Part shown: positions 1 through 23,722 of the stretch, piece after piece | Position numbering within the stretch: position 1 is the first letter of the stretch | How the letters are laid out: every line of letters begins with the position of its first letter | From: Owenia fusiformis | Taxonomy: Eukaryota | Reading direction: 5' to 3' | Length of the DNA stretch: 64,000 bases | Assembly (NCBI GenBank): GCA_903813345.2 | Contig: CAIIXF020000001.1 | Span: forward strand, 46,376,001 to 46,440,000 | Notes under the pieces: generated by a model | What the model was told of the DNA's origin: nothing | Database searches by the model: none | What the model saw: the letters and a program-made list of their open reading frames with translations, nothing else | Program-made: the position numbers and the translations under genes

Positions 1-272
1 TTCTCGAGCAGAGGTCCTATACCCCTAAGGCATAAGCCAATAAAATTTGAATCAAAACTGTCAACCGCTATTTGAGTTATCGCCCGGACAGACGAACGAA
101 CTGACGGACGGATAGCCTTGCCCAAGTCGGTCTCTTTTACTTATCTTGATTTCTATTATTACAACCGGTAATAAGTCAAGATCAGGATAAGTAAGAAAAT
201 ACCGACTTTGGCAAAGCTAACGGACGGACGGCTTTCCTATATCCCTCACGAACTTCGTTCGGTGGGTTAATT
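1..272. mobile_element. Partial Helentron/DINE-1-like non-autonomous repeat with (CGGA)n microsatellite
   Basis: (GACA/CGAA/CGGA)n tract at 85-112 continuing at 220-231, followed by TATATCCC and a short CGAAC-TTC-GTTCG hairpin ending GGGTTAA, the usual layout of DINE-1/HINE-like ends. Confidence 0.45.
113..219. mobile_element. 107-bp palindromic MITE (TAG...CTA termini) inserted in the microsatellite
   Basis: TAGCCTTGCCCAAGTCGGT...ACCGACTTTGGCAAAGCTA inverted termini, flanked by ACGGA on both sides (ambiguous within the microsatellite); a second copy of the left end lies at ~23215-23250. Confidence 0.65.
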
Positions 273-2445
273 ATCCACCTACATACCCTACTCTCAGGCA
301 ACGGGATGTACTGATGAACAGGCGTCGCCCCTGTCCATTGAGCTGGAAACCTCATGTAGGCCTAATATCCGGGAGAGTTACTGGTCAACTTTTTGTACAC
401 GGGGGTGTCGTTGACATTCCAAATATTCCCCCACATCTAGGAATTTTTCTCTCTAAAATGGAACCACATCTAGGGGTTATCTTTCAAAAAGACCCACTTC
501 GAGGTAATTTTTCGAAAAACTCTGAGACCCAATTCCGGTGATTTTTTACAAGACTTTCAAAAAGAGGACCCATTTCTAGGGATTGTTCTTCAAATTAGGA
601 CCCACATCTAGGAATTTTTCGGAGAAAAAATCAGTGCCACATTAGCGGCACGTCCCATAATAGCCATATGGGATCCCCCGCGGGCCCCCGGGGCCTCATA
701 CTATCGTTTGTATTATATCATCATAAGACATTACAATTTCTACCAATTAAAAGCAACACCACAACTTTGTCGCGTGGCTTTCACGTGAATATGTTCGTCT
801 GTCAAGGCCTTGTAGATGAAAGAATGTTATTAATAGTTTGTAAATCTGTGCTGAAAGTGAGGCTCCGAGACAATCAATCAAATTTATTCTTTTTAGTGAA
901 TTTATTTGCAGAGTCGATTTCAGAGTATATTCCAGGAAGTCCTAAATCCAGGAAATCCTAAATTTTTAAATGTGTTCCCATAAGGAAATTAACTTTGTTC
1001 TTTCTGTTGATAATTAATTTGACACCATCCCAAAATGAAAGAAAAATTTAGCCCTATACTGTCAACAAATGATCCGTCGAGCAATCAGCATGAAATCTCG
1101 CCTTCCAATGTAAAAATATCAAGAATACAAGAATTATATCACCCCTAAACAGTGCCCCATACTACCCTAAATTCAATGCATAATGCATTCGATCGACTTA
1201 GCGACTTAAAAACGATGAACTTCATTCGTCTTCATAATTAGACTGTGCCCAGGGCAGCCAAAGACTCGCTTACCAATTTGATTTTTAACCAAAGAATTCA
1301 TTGTAAATGAAAACGTCATGCCTAAGTAATCAATCCAATATGACAATGCTTCTTTAAGCTGTCTCTTGAACCTATCGTAAATATAATATATGAGTCTGAT
1401 ATCTGAATCCATAAAAATTTAAGGATCGGGTAATCAGTGCCGAAATGGGTGAGATTTTGTGACTTTCAAAATCAATTAGATTTGCAGAGTTTTTAATTTG
1501 AAGAATAATCTAAAAAACTATTTAAAATAATCTAAAACTATTTGAATAAAAACAATTGTTAAAGGTTCGCATTAGCTGCTAATTTCAGCCTATCATAGGG
1601 CAATGGGATGATAGGATATTGACCTTAGAGAATATGATAGAAAGCAAATAAATTTAACACAATGAAATGTCAATGTCAATCAAGTACCCTTTTCAGGTTT
1701 GATCGATCGATCGATCGTGAGTTTGACTTTGGTTTTAATTAGAGCTTCGTCTACTAATTACTATCAGTGGATTTATTTGAGTCAGGGTATCACATACGCA
1801 GGAATTAAATTAGCAAAATTGAAATGTTTATTAGGAAACAATTTTTTTCGCAACACAGGTTGATACAGGTAATACAGTCAGTATTGACCCACGTAACACC
1901 AAACTTCTATTGTTGCTTAGCGGGGGGATTACAAAAACATAGAACTCCGAGTCATGTCACCAAGCAGTTTATTTGTTCTGTTCATTCTATCAATGGCCTA
2001 TCAGACAATGGGATTAGAAAGACTAACATCATTTATGACGAAGCCGGAGAATTAATCAAACAATAATTTTAAGATTTGTAAGTGTAAGAACCTGCTAAAC
2101 AATAAAGTACGTGAGACTAAATACGTGCAAAATATCAAGTAGTTAATCGGGGTTCAATAGAGAAATCGTTTGCCGAGGAATGTTGCTCTTACCAAGAGCT
2201 CCTTCGTGAACCACAGAGATCGATATTTCTAAAGGAAGAATGAATAGAGGTCATGATATCCATGAAACAATTGTGCGGCTAATTGTTTAACACGAATAGA
2301 ATCAAAGGGTCGAGAACAGTTTGAGTAACAAAAAAAAGCAACACAGTCAATAGCCTACAACATTATCCAGGTATCGCAAAAAACAAGTGGATATCAATAA
2401 AAGGGTTGTAAAGGAACGCCTGGTTCAATTCAAAACATCGTAGCC

Positions 2446-3018
2446 ATGGCAAGTGCCGGTACGTCTAGAACTATTAGGAGCGCACCGTCGACAGCGAACG
2501 GCAAAAGAGCAAATCATCAGAATACATCTACCTTGATTATTACCGGGAAGGAAAGAGATACGCTTACGCCAATGCGTTCAATGCGACCAAACGCCACGCC
2601 AGGAGGGGTGGAGGCCGAAAAGCCGATACTTTCAGCCCACCACAAGATACCTTTGGAACCAACATATAAATTAGAACCAGACAATGATAAACGTTTCCCC
2701 TTGACAGAGGTGAAGCAGGTTATAAAGGATGTCTTCACGACAGAACTTGATGGAGTCAAATATAACGCCGAAACTTCCAACGTTAAAGCAAAGGAGTTAG
2801 CTGACATTATTAAACATAAAGTGAAACAACTACGAAAGACAAGATACAAGACTATAGTATTGGTTTATTTAGGACAGAATGAAATGGATTTTAAAGCATC
2901 TATTGCGCTTACCAGTCGGTCTCTTTGGAACGATAAACTTGACAGTTTTGTGGAACACTCCCATAAAACCAATTCACTGTACGTCGTAGGACTAGTTTAT
3001 GGATTATATGCTGAGTGA
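2446..3018 (+). CDS. Tctex1-domain-containing dynein light chain (TCTEX1D/DYNLT-like), 190 aa, single coding exon
   Basis: EPTYKLEP...RF...VKQVIKDV...L.GVKY...K.LADIIK.KVK...RYK.IV.VYLGQ...SRSLWN...DSF...N..LY.V..VYGLYAE* is the Tctex-1 family signature with an N-terminal extension. Confidence 0.9.
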   Translation: MASAGTSRTIRSAPSTANGKRANHQNTSTLIITGKERDTLTPMRSMRPNATPGGVEAEKPILSAHHKIPLEPTYKLEPDNDKRFPLTEVKQVIKDVFTTELDGVKYNAETSNVKAKELADIIKHKVKQLRKTRYKTIVLVYLGQNEMDFKASIALTSRSLWNDKLDSFVEHSHKTNSLYVVGLVYGLYAE

Positions 3019-6000
3019 GAACGGACTTAACAAAAACATCGATCGTGTTATTTGTTCGAATATCAAGTTCAACTGCTACATGATTCATTAACGAAAAATA
3101 ATTTAGAAAAAATCGTCTGGCAATATTGATTATTGCAACTAAGGAGTTTACAATAAAATTCAAATATATGAAACTCGACAATATTTGTTGAATTCGACAT
3201 AAAAAATATAATACAAATATGATTGTAAAACTATATTTTATTAATTCGACTTCGACGTTTAATATGATGTGGTGAAAAATAATAATGCGTTATTTACAAA
3301 ATATAGGCTTCTCTTTCGAGAGACAATGAGATTATAGCATTTGTGTTTACTGCTCATTCAGAATGTTCCATAATTATGAGAGATGTGGGTTGAACCATTT
3401 ATAAATACACTCATATAGGCCTACACAAATCATGGGCAGATCATACTGATGATTAAACAGCCGAATGAAAACTTTGAAAATATAATTTTCACATATTAAT
3501 TCTCACAAGTCACATTTTCTAAAATCCCAAATCCGACGCAGTCTTTTCGAAAAAATGCAGACCGTTTAATATTTTTTCTCCCCATGAGTGAAAATGAGGA
3601 TGATATATACACGTCTTAAAAGCTTCAAGTTTATTTAATATTTTGAAATTTTTGAAAGAAAATAGGGATAGGGCGCTGATTTTAGCCTCGGAGACTGAGA
3701 AGGAAGGTATGTCAAGATGATTCGGAAGATACAATTATACACTGTTATTATATTAGAAAAGATTTGCCAGGGACACTGGGCCTGCATTCTGATACTTATC
3801 GCATCTTTCTGTTTTCCTGGTAAAGAACTAACCCAGGGAACTAATATAGAAGGCAATGGTTTCCTATGATGCTGGGGCTAGCACTATGTTAGCACTATGG
3901 AGGTTAATTTTTGGAGTTATGTATTCAGTCGTCACTGTAAAGAAATAATCAAATAATATCAAGGCCTTTGATGAAAGTTTAGTTTTTAGTTTCTGTAAAT
4001 CAAAGGAAAATCAAAAGATCTGAAAATAACGTATGTTAACGTAACGTCACTGTAACAAAATGGAGGAACCCGTGTCTAAGTTCGAATTCGGTAAAATTTT
4101 TGGTTTTCGCAAACCTATACTTTCAAGTCAAGATGCGCATGCAGATTATAGTTTGGCTCAAAACCAGAGAATATAGTCTTTTTGAAAAAAATGTATCTCC
4201 GGGTTGGAATTTGTTTTGTTGAAACGCCAACCTTTACGTATGACCAATCGCCCATACAAATGCATCGCTTAAATATTTTCAGTTCGCGTTTCGGTTGTGA
4301 AAAACATTGCAAGCTTAAACTCCCTAATCTAGCCTTGTATTCGCGATTCAACTGCCGGCTGACGGGTTAACCTACTATTTTATGACCAATTCATTTCAAT
4401 ATGAGTATATGGGACAATTTACGATAATTGATATTTTAAAAATCTGTTGTTGTACTAGAGACTGCGACATATATGTTGATTTCATGGACATGCAATGTGT
4501 TATTTTTTGTTGAGCAGACTTTAAGCAATCATTACCACAAGGTACCTGTTTGGAATATTGCTTATCTTTTTAAAAAATATCACTTTAATGATGGATTTTT
4601 AGACAATTGAGAATAATTTTATTTTTTCGGCAAATGTAAACTCGGATTTCTTAATATAAAATGTATCGATTGCGTTGATATTTTTGAGCATGTTAATAAA
4701 ATGTATACGTATGTGCTACCAACTCTTGAAAGCGGGATGTTTGATATGTCTTAGTCACATAATTAAGTATGTTTTACTTTATGTATACGATTTGTCAAAT
4801 ATTTGTATCCTCCAACACATCGGCCATATTAATATACACTATTGATGCATTATTTTGGTGAAAGCTATGCCACAAGGTACATTTTGATGACATATCTTCG
4901 ATTGCAGACAATGGAGATACATGATTGAGTGGTATTCCTGTCGTGAATTCAAGTTGTCTAGATGAGGCTGTCCAATATTTTGTATCCTCCAAACATTAAA
5001 ATATCATCTGTGGGAAAAAAATATTTTTAGATTATTATTTTGAAAAATGAAAGTACTTAATAAAAGTGTTGAGATCATCATTTTTTAATTTTTTAATTAT
5101 TTGAATTGTCTTTGTAAAACTTTATTAAGCATGTGTTGGAGGATACAAAATGACTTTAAAATTATGTGAAATATAAACAAACGTACAATCAAAAGTTAGT
5201 TGTATTCATATTTTTATGTTTATCTTTAAATTACAGCAAAGAATGAGTCATTGCCAAACCAAGAACATGCTATGCATTCTTTTTATTCCCATGACCGACA
5301 CATAACCATATAATACAACTTTGAATGATGTTTCTCATTCCCTCATTACCCACGCTGCGTGTTTTTTAATGATATTATATTTTTGAATGTCGTGTCGTTC
5401 CCTATGATGAATGTTAGGCCTTTACCAGAAATGATAAATGTTGCTAGCACATCTTAGTCATTGTAAGTGCCAGAATACTTTTATATCGATTCCAATGAAA
5501 ATGATTGCATCCATTGCAATCTTAAATACTTCACATGCAATATGAGCAACACGCCCGTAGCCAGCTTTTAGTAAGGGGGGGGGTCAAACCCATCTCCCTG
5601 TCCACACATAAACATTTTCCATGCTAAAGCAATACCTTAGGCGACTTAATGGCCTAGAATCTATGATATTAGACATTTAAAGAGGCACCTTATGATAACA
5701 TGTAGCAGGAAGCATAGATTTTGGACCGAAATAAAGACGGCAGCGGTGGTAGAATCTAAACATTCTCTCTCACTGAAAGGAAACATTTTGCATTCTCTAT
5801 TTATAGCCGATAGTTTTGTGCGGCATTCTGTTAATGTAAACTTGTATACATTTACTAAAATTTTGCCTTACATTGTCACACTCTCCAGTGACGTTCACAA
5901 CATCTTGATTCACAAGTTTTAATTTGTATTTTGTAATTGCTTTATCATGTTTTTTTCTTCTCTGAAATAAAAAATTAAATAAAAAAGGTTTCAGTTGCTC

Positions 6001-6539
6001 TTTCAGTCGGAAGTCGAAGAATCGTTACACGCTTTTCTAGTTGTTCCCATTTTTTTGGGGGGGGGGCATTCACATACCAACTCCTAAATTGTTGGTCCAC
6101 TGCCATACCAATTGTTTGCAAAAGGTAACCTACGATTGTGAACCGAGGATTCCCGTCAGCGTTTATTAATACAATAGTAAACAGAGACTTCCAAAGGCGC
6201 CCTATTTATTTCGCTAGATCGACTTAGATTGTAGCGTATTTTAGATGGTTTGCAAGAAAATGTAAACTAATCAGTCAACAATTAGCACTGATTATTTACT
6301 TTATTCCTGGGTGTTATAATGAATCCAATCATAAAAATTGATTTCATACTATTCAATATAAATCAATTTATATTGTTCAATCCAGATATTTCGGATATTA
6401 TTGAAAAATGCAAAGATTGTGCGCTTAGAAGTCACTGATAAAAGAGGGCAGCACCGTTTGCACATGTTCCGACCTTTTTCATCAGAAAATTATTTTACAA
6501 TTTTCAAGGACTTTTCTGGAATATTTAACACATAATAAT

Positions 6540-16879
<10,340 letters not shown>

Positions 16880-17207
16880 CATAAGTGCCAACTAGGAAAT
16901 TATTCAATTTGTAGATAATAGAATTAATTACTCAATTCACAGTGACACGTTGATATGATGTAGTGTATTGAAAAAGTGAACAGTGATTCTTTGTAAAATA
17001 TTTGTACAGTGTGTACATGAACAAAAAATGTATGAATAGATGAATTAGATTTTAGTAGATTGACTACATTGCTACTGAAGCTGTGCCACAATAAAACGTA
17101 CAGTTGACATAAGATCATCTTAGATTTGAAGAATAGGAATCGTATGCTTTCATCTTACTCTCAGATTTTCCATAATGCCATATTAATGGACTTGAAAGCC
17201 CATGAAC

Positions 17208-17664
17208 CACTGGTCAGTATCAAGCGAAGGTAACGGCCGTAACCTTCGCAGGCACCACAGTTCAACGATATCTTCCACTTAAGGGAAGGTAACTAGGATT
17301 TTGGATTTACAGATGATAAGATAACTGATATGCAGTGATGTGGTATTGTATGAGAGCTATGATGTCCAGTTACAGTATTGAAAAATAACATGACCATTAC
17401 CGCATCATACATTTCCAATTACCTTCCCTTAAGCGGTGGAACATTATCGTTGAACTGTGGCGCCCACGTACGATATATGGACATATTATCATAATCCAGA
17501 GTTCCCATGTCATATAAGCCTTTTTGGTTCAAATATCAAAGCATAACTTCAACAATAAAGTAGTTTAATTCAATGAAAACTAAAAATATCGAAATCGACA
17601 ATTGCCGTCCGCCATTTTAGATGCGAATGTTACGACCGTTACTTTCGCTTGATACTAACCAATG
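17208..17664. mobile_element. Non-autonomous DNA transposon (CA...TG termini, ~36-bp TIR) downstream of the ATAD3 stop
   Basis: CACTGGTCAGTATCAAGCGAAGGTAACGGCCGTAAC versus revcomp of right end CATTGGTTAGTATCAAGCGAAAGTAACGGTCGTAAC; flanks ATGAAC/GTGAAC. Confidence 0.75.
17283..17428. mobile_element. 146-bp TTAA-type MITE nested in the previous element
   Basis: TTAA|GGGAAGGTAA...TTACCTTCCC|TTAA. Confidence 0.75.
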
Positions 17665-20600
17665 GTGAACCATAGCACTGGCATAAAAAACATTTGATTA
17701 AGATTTAAAATTCCATCACTAAGTAAAAACATCTCGTCACTGATTAACGCCTCCTGTTGCTGTCGTCTTGTGCCGATGTGCGGGTGGGCGCCTTATGAAT
17801 CTTGTCAAAATTCCACGAAAAACTGTTTTCTGTCAACTTGAAATTTTACTGATGCAAGAGTAGACTGATGCCAAAATTTGATTACTACATTTAGGGCATT
17901 TTGGTTAAAATAACTTGATGGCCATTACAATTTTACCATTAACTTGTCATCAAAATTCGAGCAAAACCACTTATCCGTTCAGACTGAATTACATGGTGGC
18001 CATTTTGAATTTTGAGTAAACTGGTAAATCGGCTATTTTGGATTTTTCGACATACTTCAAATCTACCAATTTTTGGGAAAAAAATTTAAAAGTTCCTTGG
18101 GGTTCAAATCTGACCTTAGATATAATATTATTTTTTGGAAGTGTTTTCGTATCAAGGGAAGTTAAGTCTCTTATATAAAATAAACGTATTTTAATATAGA
18201 GAATATAAGAGGGAGAGGTTGACTTACTCTCATGTCTTGTATGCAATGAAACATATTTAGACAGTTTCAATTATAAATACTTCAATGCAGGCCTTGATTG
18301 AACATTTCAATTCAGCAATTTACAGTTTGTTTAAACACTTGTTAAAAACATATAAATGGGAAATGATGTTTTTATAAGTGTTAATTAACATTGCTAACGA
18401 GAGAGGGTGTTCTCCCGAGCCCGAAATTTTATTGAAAGAACCTACACGATACTATTTTTTAAAGATGATTTGTTTTGATGAAAGTTTATTTTATACGAAT
18501 TTGAAAAAGTATATTGAAATATTTTAAAACAATAAAGGTGAGAGGAAAATATACTAAAATAATGTAGAGAAAGGTCCGGTGCCCAATATCATTCGAATTA
18601 CCACTCGGGTTAGCTTAGCGGGGTTTTGTATAAAGACCACAATGCCATCTTTATTTATTCATAAAACCTATTCTTACTACAATCGATTGGGTAATATTTT
18701 ATTGTGCATTCGTAGTTCAAAAGATGGCAGTCGAAAACAAGTTTATTTACGATGTAGCATCCCCTCACATGTTATTCCATGTGAATTATTTTATCCCTGT
18801 GAATTGATTTTCATTATCAACTATCTTCACAGCGAAAAGGCGTTAAAACACACCAATTTGGATATTTCAAGTATGATCTGCAGATATATATGGACACTAT
18901 GTTGATACACACACCATTAAAGGTAAGGTAGAAACTTAGGTTGTGACCGGTTGTGCTATTGAAAATGCTGTCTGTACATATACGTTACAATTGTGTTATT
19001 TGTAATATCAATATTCTGTGTTACATAGGTTAAATCTATGCTCCAATATGTTTTGCCAGTTTTGGGATTATATTCTAAAGGCTTTAGCTTTCATACTGAA
19101 TGGTAACCAGCGGCACGGTGGAAACTACAAGCCTTGGAGGAGGGAACATACGTTTTTGGCCTACCTATGGTCACGGTGGGTGGTATCCATTATGGGTTGA
19201 CCAATTCCCTTTATTCTGATTTGTCAATCTTTATCTAAATATCCCGACTATATCAAGAGTGTGTACCCGAGTGCACCTGTTGATATTAAAATGTTCATTA
19301 CAAAGTGACGTGAGATCTTGGGAAGGATAAAGATTGTGTCCGAATCTATAAAAGCAGATACAGCGTATGGAGGAATCCGCCCCCCCCCCATCCTTGGAGC
19401 AATGGTATATTTTAAGCATTAATGAAGTCCTTTGAAGAAGGATGGAATCCCCACTTGTTCCGATGTGTCGCAACAAGCACAAATTCCAACTCGGTCCCAT
19501 TGGTCGTTACGATCCATTTATCTCTCAAGACACTGATTCCTGTGAGGCACAACGCAATTTTAATGCTATGGAGGGGTAGTTGTGACAAGACATGCTGTGT
19601 TGCAACCAATTCCACCAGTATTTCAACTCTTCGGCGTTAGCATGGAACCTGGTATTTACTCTGTTATAAAGCAGTTTCATAACTAGGATTTCACAGGGGA
19701 TGCAGTGAGTTTTATCAATAAGGCAAATGTTTACTTTCAATGAGGCAAAATATCGTCGGCGGGGCAAAAAAGTCGGGGAGACAAATATCTAGTCTTCCAC
19801 TATTGTGTTCGTAACATTTACAATCTAGATTCTGACATACTTGTATCTATCCGGGATAATGGAGAGTAAATACACTGAATCAATAAGAATTTAAACTTAA
19901 TAATCTCTAAGATGAGTGGAGTCCATCTGAAAAAAATAAAACTATTTTTTTCGCTATGGATTGATTTTTCTTTGAAAATGTGATGGGTAATAAATATTCA
20001 TTCGAACAAACGCTTGTGTTTATAAAATATAAACGATATGGGGTGTCCCAAAAATTGAACCACTCTTTGACAGGTATTTTTTTAGCTATAGATGAGCCGA
20101 ATTCTCTGAAATTTTCTATAAACTGAAGGAACTATATATCATTCATTAGCAAGTGCTATAAATACACCCCCATGCAGACAGATCGCCTAAAGTACATTTG
20201 TATGATACGAGACTCGTCATTCACCAGGAAACTAGAAACATTTTGCCATATACAACTTGTATATGGCAAAATGTATAATATTGTAGCATTGTATGTGTAA
20301 TTACATAATCTACATGTTCTGAAAAAAATGATATGGATATGTGAAAAAAAATCACAAAATGAGAGCATTTTTATCATATGGATCGCCCGTTGTATCCAAA
20401 CTGAAATTTTGGAAAGAACGTATTTTGGAAACAGAGAACATTCAAGCAAATCAATAAACCTGACTCAAAGACAAGCTTTTTTGAGGCTAAAATTGATTGG
20501 CGAATTACCTGGGGCACAAACACTATAAAGGTCTTATTGCGTAGTTCTGATATTGAATTTTTTGGTATGCATTTTTTAATTTTGTCAATTCTCACATTAC

Positions 20601-21962
20601 GTAACTGACATCAATTAATTGGCCAGTTTTCGATGAACGTGCACTGCAATTGTTTTATCTTATCATTTTAGTTGGTGGGATATTGTGAAAATCACCTGCA
20701 TTAATAATGCAGGTAATTACCCAGCAACTCGAATAAAAAGCTGTAAAACCCGGAAAAAGGTTAACAGCCCGGAAAAAAATTGAACAATCCGGAAAAATGA
20801 CGTAATTCTGCCGCATTTGCAAAAAGTATCTCTCCTTTTTGAACCCGATTTTTTCCTGTTTTTTAACAGTGATGTTCTTTATGTTTTGAAATCGCATTTC
20901 TATAATTCATTGTCACGCCTGAAACATACACATCCTGTGATTACTATTAGATCTAGCAATACAATTTCATTTTCCAATTTGTTTATTGTTATGGGACTTA
21001 GGCCTACAACAAACTTATATTGTGATCAGACTTACTGTAGCAACAAAAAGTGAATTCCATACTGTATTCGGAAATGGCAGTCTTGCTGGGGATTATGAAA
21101 ACCCCTCAAAATCAGATTCATAATGATCAGTTATAAACACTTGTTGAGATATAGGGTTTATCCTTATGCTAATACGGGATTATCGTAATGCCCGGTGTAA
21201 AAGAAATTATAGTCCCCTGGGGATTATGGTCCCCTTAAAGGCCCTTACTTGCCCTGATTAAATGAGGATACGATAATAAGGGAAAGAGTTGTATTTAGGT
21301 CACCATGTAAATCAATGGAAAGTAGGACCATAATTTGATAGGACCTCCTACCCTTTTATACCGGGTCCTAATGCTAATATAATGTATCCACCCACGGGTT
21401 GGGGCCTCCAACATAGCCTAGATATATTATATTCGCCAAGGGGAAAAACAATATATGGAACCGCCGAATTCTCAAGAAATCATTATTAGAATAGCAGAAT
21501 GATCAGTCAATACCATGCAAGACATGCGATATCAAAGTCAAATATTGATAATGAGTTGGAAGAGGAAGAAAGGAGAACTGTTAAAGATCTGAAACTATCC
21601 ATTTCCCTCGATACATCGTACAGAAGGCGGAATATATAAATATTTCCCTCGGAATAAACCGTATCAAATACCTCCCAGTACACAACCTTTATGTACGTAA
21701 CTCTGTAACTGGAATATTATAATATCTAGCCGCACATTTCGTTACCAAATCAAGGTGAACACATACCCAAAGTTACGCACTGGAAATTGCAGTTTCCAAA
21801 TTAGTTATTAAAACGCACGGATTCGTTTCACTAACAGAGTGTCGCAACCTCGAAGGTACGATTTTTCTTTCCTCATTTCACGAGTTATAGGCAAAATTAC
21901 CCGACGTTTTTTATTATAAACGTATGTCGGTATCATATCTTTAAGAAAACCAACACGTTAAG

Positions 21963-23140
21963 CCAAGGGAAAGATCAATACCCGGTGTTTTCAGCGGGAA
22001 GTGGCGTTTCGTTCAGTGGATGAGCTGCGCGCGCACGCATATAATTAGGGGAGGGCTATTTGAAATAGTTTTTGGTCTCAGGCGCGACCCAGGGCTGTTG
22101 TCTTAAGGATATTTCGTTGAAAATGAGCCATTCGGCTGATAATAATTGGTAAGAGTTTGCGATCTTATAATGTATAACTGTTACTCAGACACATATTTTG
22201 ACACGATTCTGTTGGAAATAAGCTTTGAACAGAGAGATATTCACGATTGATATGCCCATTTTTGATTGTGCCATTGCTTTTCGATTGCACAATCCATGTA
22301 TTGATAGAAGAAACATTAATAATGCAGATTGTTTTACCTTCAATACATGGCAGACACTACATATCGGTCTATTAATACCAGTTTGTGCCTTAAATAGTTT
22401 TATATTTCCATCCACGGCCTGGAGCCTGGGTGTGTTTGTCTCTTATTTGTATGCTTGTGCATGGACTTCTAATCACTAGCAGAATTTAACATGATGCAAA
22501 CTCGACATTATAACTCATGCTGTAACATTTTGACTTCGCTGGAAAACAATAGGAATTATTTTTCTTGCCAATCAATCATGAATCACAATCAAAATTTCAG
22601 AATGAGCAATCAGGCAATGATCCAAATCAAGTTATAACATTATATGATATTCAGCAAGAAGTCCGGTAGAAATACAGAATATTTAAACATCAAAGCTGAA
22701 AGTTAAAAGCTAATCTGTCAATTTTCTGTCTGCAAAAGAGCGTTTACATTTGACACAATAACAGACTGAGGCTTTGAAATCTAGGATTCCCCAGGAAAAT
22801 ATGACGTCATACTAACTAGCATAAGGATTTCCCTATTGGTCTGGGTCGAGCCTTGTTCGAAAACACAATCCATAAATACATGCTAATTTTTAAGGAGATA
22901 GGAAGTGTATAACGTGTTTATCGATTTTGTTTAAAGATTTAATCAATTATCAAATTGTTTAAGTGGATAAAGTGGTCACACTTGCTTCAATTCATAGCGA
23001 AATCGACGGATAGAAACTGACCGAATTCCCCGATATCCTCAGTATTACTGTAGGCTATAAGCACAGTGACCTACAGAGGGCGCTATCACAAACAAGTACT
23101 GCACGAACCGATAAATTCCCGGGTATTGTAACGCCCTTGG
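21963..23140 (+). mobile_element. ~1.18-kb non-autonomous DNA transposon, copy A (CCAAGGG...CCCTTGG, 5-bp TSD TTAAG)
   Basis: TTAAG|CCAAGGG...CCCTTGG|TTAAG; near-identical inverted copy at 23723-25396. Confidence 0.9.
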
Positions 23141-23722
23141 TTAAGCGAACAAATCAGAGGACGACAGAAACATTGATATACCTCGATCACTATTATTGCG
23201 TAAACGAAACAAGGTAGCCTTGCCCAAGTCTGTCTCTTTTACTTATCTTGCCAGATCTTAATCTTAACCGTTTCTGAAGTTCCATCCGATAACGGAGCAA
23301 TCTAACATCATCGGGGATGCAGTACGTGCGGTGAGATCTAAGGCAGACATTTGCATTGAAAGACATGGAGGTCATGTTGAAGGACACTGGGGTTAAAACA
23401 ACTTTGAATGGACTTTGGGATTTAAAAGGGCTAAAAGAGTAATATCCCGATGTTTGTTGTTGCTTATCACTATGTTACGAACCCATTTCTGACATGGTCA
23501 CTTAAATCCCTCATTCTAAATCATCTGTGGAGGAAAATAAAACATCCTTGGTATCATATGAAAGAGGACATAACTTGACGGAAAAAGATGACATTTAAAA
23601 CTGTTCTTCATGTATTTTTTTATTCCCTTTTTTATTAGAAACATAATAAACCATTTAATTGAATAATCATGATACGTGTATATTCCTAATCATATAGTCT
23701 TATTGTATGAATGATTGCCAAT

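Noticed and set aside
314..961. Short ORFs at the window start
   Set aside because: They overlap repeat-like DNA (CCACATCTAGG repeats, CCCGGG ends) and have no coding signature
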